Source of the DNA: Malacoraja senta
Lineage: Eukaryota
Assembly (NCBI GenBank): GCA_038087875.1
Contig: JAXLNO010000140.1
Span: 62,001 to 126,000, forward strand
Reading direction: 5' to 3'
DNA: 64,000 bases
The notes under the pieces: model-generated
Seen by the model: only the letters and a program-made list of their open reading frames with translations
The model's database searches: none
What the model was told of the DNA's origin: nothing
Shown here: positions 12,199-24,585 of the stretch, in pieces
Numbering within the stretch: the first letter of the stretch is position 1
Layout of the letters: every line of letters begins with the position of its first letter
Translations under genes and position numbers: made by a program

Positions 12199-13204
12199 CC
12201 AACACTAGAGGGCAGAGCTATATAAGGTGAGAGGGGGGATGTTTAATGGAGATGTGCGGGGCAAGATTTTTACACAGAGAGGGGTGGGGGTCTAGAACGC
12301 TCTGCCAGGGGGTGATGGTGGAGGTAGATATGATAATGTCTTTGAAGAAGCTTTTGGATTGTCACATGTAAGTGCAGGGAATGGAGGGATATGGATCATG
12401 TACAGGCAGATAAGATCAGTTTAACTAGGCATTAGCCTCCTGCACTCCAGAGAATATAGTCCAAGTCTGCACAACCTCTCCCTATAGCTCGAGCCCAGGC
12501 AACATTCTCGTTAAAACTTCTATGCACTCTTTCCAGCTTAAAGACATACTTCATACAACACGGAGATCCAAACTGAACAAAGTACTCCAAATTCAGCATC
12601 ACAAAAGTCTTGTACAATTGTAACATAACGTTCCATCTTCTGTACTCAATTCCCTGACTGATGAAGGCCAGTGTGCCAAAAGTCTGCTTCACCACCCTAC
12701 CTGCCTGTGACACCACTTTTGGGGAACTCCTAGATCCCTCTGCTCTACAACACTCCCCAGAGCCCTGCCATTCACTGTGAAGGTTTTGACCTGATTTGAC
12801 TTCCCCAAATGCTACACCTCACACTTAGGTCAGTAATCTAGTCAGTCAGTAGCAGGCAATTGAACCGTCTTAACACCAACAAGTGACATAAGCTGGGAAG
12901 AAACTGTCCCTGAATCTATCGACAACTAATCTGAGTCTAGTTCTATCAACCCTAGAGAGCGGTCCTGAGCTACCATCTACCTCGTTGGAGACCCTCGGGC
13001 AATCTTTAATCGGACTTTACTGGACTTTACATTGCACTAAACGTTATTCCCTTTATCATGTATCTGTACACAGTGAATGGCTTGGTTGTAATCATGTACA
13101 GTCTTTCTACTGACTGGTTAGCCGCAACAAAAGCTTTTCACTGTACCTCGGTGCACGAAACAATAAACTAAACTGAAATAAATCTGTATTATCTGGAGGC
13201 CGGT

Positions 13205-14045
13205 AAACAAAAGAAATAACTGTGGACTTCAGGAAGAAACAGACAGCACACACCCCACTCACCATAAATGGCAGTGCAGTGGAGTCTGTGAAAAGCACCA
13301 AGTTCCTGGGAGTACACATCACAGATGATCAGACATGGTCCACCAACACCATCTCCCTAGTCAAGAAAGCACAGCAACGCCTCCACTTCCTTCGACAGAT
13401 GAGGAGAGCCGACCTCCCCCCTTCTGCCCTCACAACTTTTTACAGGGTGCCATTGAGAGCATTCTTACCAGCAGTCTCTCAGTCTGGTATGGCAGTTGCT
13501 CTGCTGCTGACCAGAAGGCCCTACAGAGAGTGGTGAGGACAGCGGAGAAGATCACTAGATCACCCCAACTAGCAATCCAGGACTTATACCCATCTCGCTG
13601 TCGCAAGAGAGCAACCAATATCATCAAAGACACCACCAACCCAGCACACAAACTGTTCACCCTCCTACCATCCGGCACGCGCTACCGCAGCATGCGGAGC
13701 AAAACCACCAGATTCAAAAACAGCTTTTTCCCTCAGGCCATCAGACTACTCAACACACTCAAGAAAATTCCATGAACATTACACAAACAAAGACCAACTG
13801 ACTGTCAAATTAACTTGAACACAATGTCTGCAGTATGCTATTTGCACTTTTCTATATTGCATCTTTTATTAATGAATATTTTATATAATGTATATGTCCA
13901 TTGTCTATTTTTATTGGTATATTGTCTGTCTGTGTTATAAATATTACTTGCACATTGGAGTATGGGGAAACGCAATTTCAATCCTCTGTGTAACTACTTG
14001 TTGCATTATTTGAACTGACAATAAAGTTTACTATTACTATTACTA
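13205..14045 (+). mobile_element. 5'-truncated Rex1/Babar LINE
   Basis: KTKEITVDFRK...VESVKSTKFLGVHI...KKAQQRLHFLR...SFFPQAIRLLN; AATAAA and (TAC/TAT)n tail. Confidence 0.85.
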
Positions 14046-15905
14046 TGTTTTGCAACACACGAGGAATTTCATTTGCCATATCTGTCATTCAAATAAAAAG
14101 CAACGAAACACACAAAATACATTTTAACATAAACATCCACCACAGTGACTCCTCAACATTCCTCACTGTGATGGAAGGTGTAAAAGTGATCAATTCTCTT
14201 CCCTTCTATGCACTCCCGTGGTCAGGGGCCTCAAGCCCTCCGTTGATGGGACGATCTTGACTCCTGTAGCCAGTGGCTTTTGGGCCCTCCGCATCGGGGC
14301 AATCAGCTCCTGCATCGGGGGATGTCAACTCCCCTGCGCTGGCGATCGGACCCCGAGTCGGGGCTGGTCGAGCCTCTGGGTCGTTGGAGCTTCTCGACTC
14401 GGCTTCTCCCGAGACTGCGAACTCTTGATAGTAAGTCCGCAGGCCGCGGTTGGAGCGATCCCAGGCACGGGATCAGCTCCGATGTTAAGTCCACACCCCG
14501 CAGTGGGGCTCAAGTCAGTCCGAGGAGGCATCCACATAAAACAAACCGGAGAACATTTACACAAACTAAAAAAGACAAAAAAACAGACAGACTGTTGGTG
14601 CAAAGAGCTGGAGGAACTCAGCGGGTCAGGCAGCGTCTGTGGAGGGAATGGAAAGACAACGTACCTCCAGCAAGATTGTTCATGTTCTAGAAGCAGAATT
14701 AAGCCATTCGGCCCATCAAGTCTACTCCGTCATTCAATCATGGCTGATCTATCTCTCCCTCTCAACTCCATTCTCCTGCCTTCTCCTGATAACCCCTGAC
14801 ACTCGTACTAATCAAGAATCTATCTATCTCTGCCTTTAAAAAACCAATATCGGCCTCCATAGCTGTGTGTGCCAAAGGATTCCACAGATTCTGGCCTCAG
14901 CAGATCAGGCAGATTCTGTGGAGGGATTGGACAACTGACATACCATCAGCAAGATTGTTCATGTTCTAGCAGCAGAATTAGGCCATTCGGCCCATCAAAT
15001 CTAATCCGCCATTCAATCATGGCGGGTCTATCTCCCTCTCTACCCCATTCTCCTGTCTTCTCCCCATAACCGCTGACACCCGCACTAATCAAGAATCTGT
15101 CAATCTCCGATTGCAGCTTCTGCAGTTCCTTTTGTCTTCATTTACTTCAAATCTGTTTTTAGAGTCAAAGTCATAAAGCAGGGAAACACCCTCACCCCAC
15201 CTGGGGTGGTACGGTGGTAGAGTTGCTGCCTTACAGGTGCAATCCCGACAGGGTGCTGTCTATACAGAGTTTCTACTTTCTTCCAGTGACTGAGGGTTTT
15301 ATCCGGCTGCTCCGGTTTCCTGCCGCACTCCAAAGACGTACAGGTTTGTAGGTTAAATGGCTTGGATAAAATTGTCAATTGTACCTAGTGTGTAGGATAG
15401 TTCTGGTGTACAGGGATGATCACTGGTCGGCGCGGAATCAGTGGGCCGAAGGGCCAGTTTCCGTGCTTTCTCACCAAAGCAAACCAAAGCGAACCAGATT
15501 CAGGGACAGTTTCTTCCCAGCTGTTATCAGGAAACCATCCTACCACAAGTAGAGAGGAATCCTGAACTTCTATCGACCTCATTGATGACCCTTGGACTTT
15601 CTTTGATCAGACTTTTCAGCTGTATCTTGCACTAAATGTTGTTCACGTTATTCCCTTTATCATGTATCTGTACACTGTAAATTTCTCGATTGAAATCATG
15701 TATTGTCTTGCCGCTGACTGGTTAGCACGCAACAAAAGCTTTTCACTGTACCTCGGTACACGTGACAGTAAACTAAACTCAAACCCAAATGCAACTCAAA
15801 CTAACTGATCAAGATCCTGCTGCAATTTTTGACAACCATCTTCGCTATCTACAATAAGACCCATCTTAGTGCCATCTACAAACATAATATATGTTGTATC
15901 TGCAG

Positions 15906-16018
15906 CGACACGATGGAGGTTGGGGGAGTTGGAGACCTGCGGAGGATTAAAAGTGCGATCAGTGTGGCTCGAGCGGTAATGGAGCACAGCACTCACACGC
16001 TGCTGGTGGCAGAGTCAG
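15906..16018 (+). CDS. AGA: AGA (aspartylglucosaminidase) exon 3
   Basis: AG/GT bounded, 113 nt. Reads [37 protein letters not shown] (human [37 protein letters not shown]). Confidence 0.93.
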
Positions 16019-16145
16019 GTAACTACTCATCTCAGAGGTTTCTCCTTGCCTTTGGCTAAAGTGGGAAATGCATCACTCACTTATCTACTGTAACGTTGCT
16101 TGAGGGGTTAGTAGTTGGAGAGGACTCGTTGCCCCAGCAGCCTTT

Positions 16146-17110
16146 CATAGAAACGTAGAAAATAGGTGCAGGAGTAGGCCATTTGGCCCTTCGAGCCAGC
16201 AACACTGTTCAATATGATCACGGCTGATTATCTAAAATCAGTACCCCATTCCCGCTTTCTCCCCATATCCCTTGATTCCATTAGCTCGAAGAGCTACATC
16301 TAACTCTCTCTTGAAAACATCCATTGAATTGGTCTCAACTGCCTTCTGTGACAGAGAATTCCACAGATTCACAACTAGCTGGTTGAAAAAGTATTTCCTC
16401 ATCTCTGTCCAAAATGGCCTCCCCCTTATTCTTAAACTGTGACCCCTGGTTCTGGACTCCCCCAACATCAGGATCAATTTTCCTGCATCTAGCCTGTCCA
16501 GTCCTTTAAGAATTTTGTATGATTCTATAAGATCCCCTCTTTTCCAGTGAATTCCAGTGAATACAAGCCCAGTCGATCCATTCTTTCTTTCATCGTATGT
16601 CAGTTCTGCCATCCCGGGAATTAACCTGGTGAACCTATGCTGCACTCCCGCAATAGCAATAATATCCCTCCTCAAATTAGGAGAACAAAACTGCACACAA
16701 TACTCCAGGTGTGATCTCACCGGGCCCTGTACAACTGCAGTAAACCTCCTTGCTCCTATACTCAAATCCTCTCGCTATGAAGGCCAACATGCTATTTGCT
16801 TTTTACACTGCCTGCTGTACCTGCATGCTTAGTGACTGATGTTCAAGGACACCCAGGTCTCATTGCATCTCCCCTGTTCCTAATCTGACACCATTCAGAT
16901 AATGTGTAGGAAAGAACTTCAGATGCTGGTTTAAAAATGCTGGTCTACCATTCACATAATAATGTGCCTTCTTGTTCTTGCTACCAAAGTGGATAACCTC
17001 ACATTTTTCCACATTATACTGAATCTGCCCACTCACCAAACCTATCCAAGTCACCCTGCAGCCTCCTAGCATCATCCTCGCAGCTCACACTGCCACCCAG
17101 CTTTGTTTCA
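16146..17110 (-). mobile_element. CR1 LINE 3' fragment (AGA intron 3)
   Basis: KCEVIHFG, HLEYCVQFCSPNLRRD and ESRTRGHSLRIRG motifs; 3' UTR. Confidence 0.85.
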
Positions 17111-18112
17111 TTGAAACAATACCTTGGGATCTTCTATCTTATCCTGACAGCAGATGCAGCCTTGATTCTAACAGCCCCTCCAATGTTGCATCACTTTATC
17201 AACACAACCCAACTTGCCCACACTGACCAAGATGCCCCATCTAAGCTAGTCCCATTTGCCCGCGTTTGGCCCATATCCCTCTATACCTTTTCTGTCCATG
17301 TATCTGTCCAAATGTCTTTTAAATTGCCTCAGAGTCAAACAGTTCCTTCGGCCCAACTCCTCCATACCGATCCAGATACCCCATCTAAGCTCGGCCCACC
17401 TGCCTGCACCTAGCCCATATCCCCCTAGACCTTTCCTATCCATTTATCTGTCCAAATGTATTTTAAATGTTCCCATAGTACCTTCCTCAACTACTCCTCT
17501 GGCAGCACGTTCCATAAACCTACCACACTCTGTGAAAACATTCCCCTCAGGTTCCTAATAAATCTTTTGCCTCTCACCATTAACCTATACACTCTAGTTC
17601 TTCATTCCCCTACCATGGGTGTAAAAGACTGTCATTCACTCTATCTCTTCCTCTCATGATTTTGTACACCTCTATAAGATCACTCCACACCCTCCTGGGC
17701 TAAAATCCGAGTCTGCTTAACCTCTTCCAATCGATCAGTCCCTCGAATCCTGGTCACATCCTCATAAATCTTCACTGCACCCTTTTAAGCTTGACAACAT
17801 CTTTCCTATAACATGGTGAACAAAACTGAACACAATACTCAAACTGCGGCCTCACCAATGTCTTATTCAACTAACATGACCTCCCAACTCTGTATGCAAT
17901 ACTCTGACTGATGAAGGCGCTAGTATGCAAAACAAACCTGTTCACTGAACATGATAATAGATGCTGGACAAAAGTGCTGGAGAAACTCAGCAGGTGCAGC
18001 AGCATCTATGGAGCGAAGGAAATAGGCAACGTTTTGGGCCGAAAACCCTTCTGCCGCACCCGCTGAGTTTCTCCAGCACTTTGTCTACCATGATAATAAT
18101 AAAATAAATCCT

Positions 18113-19572
18113 ATGGATTGGAGGATAGCTAATGTTATCCCACTTTTCAAGAAAGGAGTGAGAGAGAAAACGGGGAATTACAAACCAGTTAGCCTGACTT
18201 CGGTGGTGGGAAAGATGCTGGAGTCAATTATTAAAGAGGTAATAATGTGGCATTTGGATAGCAGGAAAAGGATTAGTCCATGTCAGCATGGATTTATGAA
18301 AGGAAAATCATGCTTGACTAATCTTCTGGAATTTTTTGAGGTTGTGACAAGTAAAATGGATGAAGGGGAGCCAGTGGATGTAGTGTATCGAGACTTTCAG
18401 AAAGCCTTTGATTAGGTCCCACACGGGAGACTGGTGACTAAGATTAGAGCACATGGTATTGGGGGTAGGGTGTTGACGTGGATAGAAAATTGGTTGGCAG
18501 ACAGGAAGCAAAGAGGAGGAGTGAACGGGTCCTTTTCGGAATGGCAGGCAGTGGCGAGTGGAGTGCCGCAAGGCTCGGTGTTGGGGCCGCAACTGATTAC
18601 CATATATATTAATGATGTGGAAGAGGGAATTAGGAGCAACACTAGTAAGTTTGCGGATGACACAACGCTGGGTGGCAGTGTGAACTGTGAAGAGGTTGTT
18701 GGGAGGTTCCAGGGTGATCTGGACAGGTTGAGTGAGTGGGCAGATGCGTGGCAGAGCCAACATAATATAGATAAATGTGAGGTTATCCACTTTGGTGGCA
18801 AAAACAAGGGGTCAGATTATTATCTCTATGGGGTTAGGTTAGGTAAGGGGGAGGTACAGCGAGACCTGGGTGTCCTTGTACACCGGTCACTGAAAGATGG
18901 CGTGCAGGTACAGCAGGCAGTGAAGAAAGCTAATGGAATGTTGGCTTTCATAACAAGAGGATTTCAGTATAGGAGTAGAGAGGTTCTTCTGCAGTTGTAT
19001 AGGGCTCTGGTAAGACCACATCTGGAGTATTGCATACAGTTTTGTTCTCCTAATTTGAGGAAGGACATCCTTGTGATTGAGGCAGTGCAGCGAAGGTTCA
19101 CAAGATTGATCCCTGGGATGGCGGGACTGTCATATGAGGAAAAATTGAAAAGGTGTGTATTCAATGGAGTTTAGAAGGATGAGGGGCGATCTTATAGAAA
19201 CATATAAAATTATAAAAGGACTGGATTAGCTAGATGCAGGAAAAATGTTCCAATGTTGTGTGAGTCCAGAACCAGGGCCACAGTCTTAGAATAAAGGGGA
19301 GGCCATTTGAGACTGAGGTGAGAAAAACTTTTTCACCCAGAGAGTTGTGAATTTGTGGAATTCCCTGCCACAGAGGGCAGTGGAGGCCAAATCACTGGAT
19401 AGATTTAAGAGAGAGGTCGATAGAACTCTAGGGGCTAGTGAATCAAGGGATATGGGGAGAAGGCAGGCACGGGTTATTGATTGGGGACGATCAGCCATAA
19501 TCACAATGAATGGCGGTGATGGCTCGAAGGCCGAATGGCCTCCCCCTGCACCTCTTTTCTATGTTTCTATGT
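18113..19572 (+). mobile_element. CR1 LINE, 5'-truncated RT region
   Basis: DWRIANVIPLFKKG, QHGFMKGKSCLTNL, GVPQGSVLGP, KFADD; tail ttctatgtttctatg. Confidence 0.92.
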
Positions 19573-19803
19573 AGATCTTTCCCGTAGCAGAGCGATCAAA
19601 ACTGAACACAATACTGTAATGCGGCCTCACCAACGTCTTGCACAATTGTAACTTAACACCCCAACTCTGTACTCAATACCTCGACTGATGAAGGCCAGTA
19701 AAGGCTAGCATGCAAAATAAAACCGTTCACTACACGTGACCTTAATTAACCTAAGCCTAAACATAAGGTCTCATTCTAAAATAAAAACATTTTTTTTCAA
19801 CAG

Positions 19804-19916
19804 CTTCAATTTTTGCTCAAAATATGAGGTTCCCCAGCGAAGATTTGACAACGAATGTGTCTTTGTCCGAGCGCTTAGAGTGGCTGAACCAGAAGTGCCA
19901 GCCCAACTTCAGGAAG
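19804..19916 (+). CDS. AGA: AGA exon 4
   Basis: cag/GTGAG bounded, 113 nt. Reads ASIFAQNMRFPSEDLTTNVSLSERLEWLNQKCQPNFRK; phase compatible with exon 3. Confidence 0.92.
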
Positions 19917-20348
19917 GTGAGATACGACACAAAATGCTGGAGTAACTGGGCGAGATAGCAGCATCTCTGGAGATATGGAATGGGTGGAATTTTGGGTTGA
20001 GACCCTTCTTCAGACTGAGAGTCAGGATAGAGGGAGACACAGAGATATGGAAGGGTAAGGTGTGAAAACAAGACATGTAAATGTAAAATGGATCATTGGT
20101 GGCTGAGGGGAAGGTGACAACGAGGCATACAATCAGCAAGATTTAATCAGGAGGACAGTAAACTAGTTGGAGGACTAGGATAGGGGAGGGATGGAGATAG
20201 AGGGAAAGTTAGAGAAGTCAATAGAGAAGTAGGAAGGTGAGTGTCCTTTCCCCTTGTAAGAGAAGTTCTGCTGAATGTTTTAGACACTTTCAGAGCATGA
20301 AATCCGATGTGAAGGGAACTAACAGGTGAAATCCCTGGTCTTTCACAG

Positions 20349-20466
20349 CATGTCTCCCCGCCTGCTGAAACCTCATGTGGACCCTACAAACCAGTGAAGG
20401 AGCTCGGAACACAAAAACCAAGAAACACTTCAGCGCGCAGCCAATTTCTCAGCCATGACACCATCG
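20349..20466 (+). CDS. AGA: AGA exon 5 (HDT autocleavage / nucleophile motif)
   Basis: cag/GTAAA bounded, 118 nt. Reads HVSPPAETSCGPYKPVKELGTQKPRNTSARSQFLSHDTIG; the Ntn-hydrolase His-Asp-Thr site is intact. Confidence 0.93.
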
Positions 20467-22159
20467 GTAAATGTTTCAACATAAATTATTACGCTTAAAA
20501 TAAATTTATATACTTCTTAAAAAGTAAATAAAATTACGAGAGGCATAGATAGGGGTGACGGTCAGAATCTTTTTCCCAGGATGCAAATATCAAATACTAG
20601 AGGGCATAGCTCTAAGATGAGAGGGGGAAAGTTTAAAGGAGTTGTTTGGAGCAAGTTTTTTATACTGAGAGTGGTTGGGGCTTGGAATGTCCAGCCGGGT
20701 TGGAGCTGGAGACAGATAAGTTAGTGGCATTTAAAAGACTTTGGAAAGGCACATGGATACGCAGGGAATGGAAAGATGTGATTTGTGAGCAGGCAGATAA
20801 GTAATGGTTTTGGCATCATAGCCGTCATGGACATTGTGGGCTGAAGGGCCTGTTCTTGTGCTGTACTCTTCTATGTTCTAAAACCCATATTTCTGTATTC
20901 ATTGGTATAGTTTAGGTTTATTATTGTCACATATACTGAAGTATTTGTTTTGTTTTGCTTTGTTTTGCAAGTAATCGAAATAGATCAGATAATAGTAAGA
21001 TTAAACGAGAACTTACCAGTTTGAAGTTTGATCTTTATTTTATGAGGAGTTACGATGAGGGATTACGTGAAGAAGAACCCGCCAGCCCGCATGCGCGTCA
21101 ACCTTCAAAGCAGCGGTGTGAAATCACAGAACACAGTTGTTGAACTGAATATAGTAAGATTGGAGAAACTAGAACTACCAGCTGACCTTTATGAGAGAGG
21201 GTTGGGAGCGGAGGGCACGTAATCCCTCATAATTCATCATAAAATAAAGATCAAACTTCAAACTGGTAAGTTCTCGTTTAATCTTACTATTTTACTTCGG
21301 AGTCACGTGAGTGACTACGTGAAGATTTCAAAGTTCTGTGATTTCATGCCGTGGAAACGAGTCCATGCGTCACACACTGCATCAATTGACCAGGGATGAG
21401 TGAAATTTAATAAAGCATGACATAAATGTAAACATGCTGATGCTTTTTAATGACGAAATGATAATCATAGTAATCTCACTCATCCAGGAGGAATTATAAA
21501 CAGAACCTAAAAATAGAGTGGCAAATACCCCCGGTCTGGCAATGGGTTTGTTATAACACATTAGGGAATTCGCTTGTTTGACCATCCTGCAGCTGCTAGG
21601 ATATGGTCCAGCGAAACATCCATCGCTGCTGATGTTGTTGCAGCCCTGGTGGAGTGAGATTTGAAAACATCAGTGTTTACTCCTGCACAAGCCAGAACCC
21701 GTTTTAATCGCCTGGGGATGGTCTATACTGATACCTACGTATGAGGTTTATTGTAACTAACAAACATTGCTAGTTCAGAGCCTCTAAGGCTCTAGGTGAC
21801 ATAATGACTGTTGTAGATGTGTGACCACACACACAACCAAAGGTCCATGGGGTATGTCATGAAACTAGTTTGAGACCTGATGCCCCCGGACTACTCTGCA
21901 AGACTAAGTCATGAACCTAAAGTATGATATTATTTGCAGATGTAACCATCCTGTCCAGTCGTAGCTATGCAACGACTGGACCTGTTGCGCTGAACCCAGT
22001 GCCATGAGGATGACCACTTTGTAAAGTGACCAAGGACAGGGATGTAGCTGGAGCCCACCGGCGACGCAAGCAGGACATTAACATCCCATATCTCCGAGTA
22101 CCTGGGCCTGGGGGAATTTGAGTTGAAGATACCCTTCATAAATCTGGATGTCAGAGGTC

Positions 22160-24585
22160 GAGACCCGACTGGGTGGTGTCCCGACCCCAGCAGGAAGTAT
22201 GAGGTGAGGACAGTACAGAGTTGGTCGGGGGGGGGGGGGGGGGGCAGAGGAACAACTCCAGGACTGTTTGGAGTCTGTAGACTGGGCAATGTTCAAGGAC
22301 TCGGCAACAGACTTGAACGAATACGCCACAGTCGTTATAGACTTCATTAAGAAGTGTGTGGAGGACTGCATCCCCACCAAAACCTTCCGAGCGTTTTCCA
22401 ATCAGAAACCTTGGATGAACTTTGAGATCCGCACTCTTCTGAAGTCCAGACACCAGGCATTCATGTCTGATGATACAGTGGCCTACAAGGAGTCCAGATA
22501 CGACCTTGGTAAGGCCATCAAAAAGGCCAAAAGGGACTTCTGCTCCAAACTGGAGGAAGAGACTGATGTTCGGCGGCTGTGGTGGGGCCTGAATGCAATC
22601 ACCTCTTACAAGGCGAAATCAGGAGGCATCTCGAATGTCGGCGAAACATCACTCCCTGATGAGCTCAATGCGTTGTACGCACGCTTTGATAGGGAGAACA
22701 CCGATGTGCCTTGCCGAGCCCCCATTCGCTGTGATGGTATTTCAGTCTCAGTCACAGAGGCCGACGTCAGGAAATCCTTCAGAGGGGTGAACCCTCGAAA
22801 AGCGCCTGGACCTGATGGTATACCTGGTCGCGTTCTAAAAACCTGTGCGGACCAACTGGCTGGAGTTTTTACAGACATTTTCAACCTCTCACTTCTGAGG
22901 TCTGAGGTCCCCACCTGCTTCAAAAGGGCATCAATTATACCAGTGCCCAAGAAGAGTAAGGTAACGTGCCTCAATGACTATCGACCTGTGGCACTAACGC
23001 CTGTGGTAATGAAGTGCTTTGAGAGGTTGATCATGACGCAGATCAACTCCTACCTCGACAAAAACCTGGACCCACAGCAGTTCGCTTACCGCCACAACAG
23101 ATCAACGGTGGATGCGATCTCGCTGGCCCTCCACTCCGCTCTGGACCACTTGGACAACAAGAACTCATATGTCAGGCTGTTGTTCATCGATTACAGCTCG
23201 GCATTTAACACAATCATCCCCTCCAAGCTGGTTACCAAACTCGCAGAACTGGGTCTCTGCGCATCCCTCTGCAATTGGATCCTCGACTTCCTCACTCTCA
23301 GACCACAGTCTGTTCGTATTGGTGGAAATGTGTCAGATTCGATAACAATTAGCACGGGAGCACCTCAAGGCTGCATGCTCAGTCCCCTGCTGTATTCACT
23401 CTATACTCATGACTGCGTAGCCGGACATAGTGCGAACTCCATCATCAAGTACGCTGATGACACCACTGTTGTGGGACGTATCACTGATGGTGATGAGTCA
23501 GAGTATAGAAGAGATCGAGCAACTGTCCATATGGTGCCAGCACAACAACCTGGCCCTCAACACCAGCAAAACCAAGGAACTGATTGTGGACTTTGGAAGG
23601 AGTAGGATGGGATCCCACAGTCCCGTTTATATCAACGGGTCGATGGTTGAAAGGGTCAAGAGCTTCAAGTTCCTGGGCGCGCACATCTCTGAAGATCTTT
23701 CCTGGTCCGAGAACAATGATGCCATTATTAAGAAAGCACATCAGCACCTCTACTTCCTGAGAAGATTACGGAGAGTCGGTTTGTCAAGGAGGACTCTCTC
23801 TAACTTCTACAGGTGCACAGTCGAGAGCATGCTGACCGGTTGCATCGTGGCTTGGTTCGGCAACTTGAGTGCCCTGGAGAGGAAAAGACTACAAAAAGTA
23901 GTAAACACTGCCCAGTCCATCATCGGCTCTGACCTCCCTTCGATCGAGGGGATCTACCACAGTCGCTGCCTCAAAAAGGCTGGCAGCATCATCAAGGACC
24001 CACACCATCCTGGCCACACACTCATCTCCCTACTACCTTCAGGTAGAAGGTACAGGAGGTACACAAAAATGCTGGAGAAACTCAGCGGGTGCAGCAGCAT
24101 CTATGGAGCGAAGGAAATAGGTAACGTTTCGGGCCGAAACCCTTCTTCAGACTGATAGGGGGTGGGGAGAAGAAAGGAAAAAAGGAAAAAGGCGGAGGAG
24201 GAGCCCGAGGGCTAGGGGAGGGGAGGAGACAACCAGATGGCTGATGAAGGGGAGGGGACAGCAAGGGCTAGCAGAATTGGGAGAATTCAATGTTCATAAT
24301 GAAGGTACAGGAGCCTGAAGACTGCAACGACCAGGTTCAGGAACAGCTACTTCCCCACAGCCATCAGGCTATTAAACCTGGCTCGGACATAACACTGAAC
24401 TTTACTAGCCAATACTGTTATTTGCACTTTATCAGTATATTGACCATTGTGTATATATTCATAGAATGGCGTAGTAAATGCCTACTATGTTCTGTTGTGC
24501 TCAAGCAAAGCAAGAATTTCATTGTCCTACCAGGGACACATGACAATAAACTCACTTGACTTGACTTGACTTGACTTGACTTGAT
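22160..24585 (+). mobile_element. Rex1/Babar LINE inserted in DIRS copy A
   Basis: RT ORFs 22268-23605 and 23430-24155 (IDYSSAFNTI, GAPQGCMLSPLLY, KYADD); (CTTGA)n tail at 24555-24584. Itself interrupted by a Penelope-derived fragment at about 24058-24300. Confidence 0.92.
24119..24156 (-). ncRNA. Minimal hammerhead-ribozyme-like motif (Penelope-associated)
   Basis: CAGT CTGAAGA A GGGT TTCG GCCC GAAA CGTTA, with a UUCG loop and palindromic AACGTT. Confidence 0.55.
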
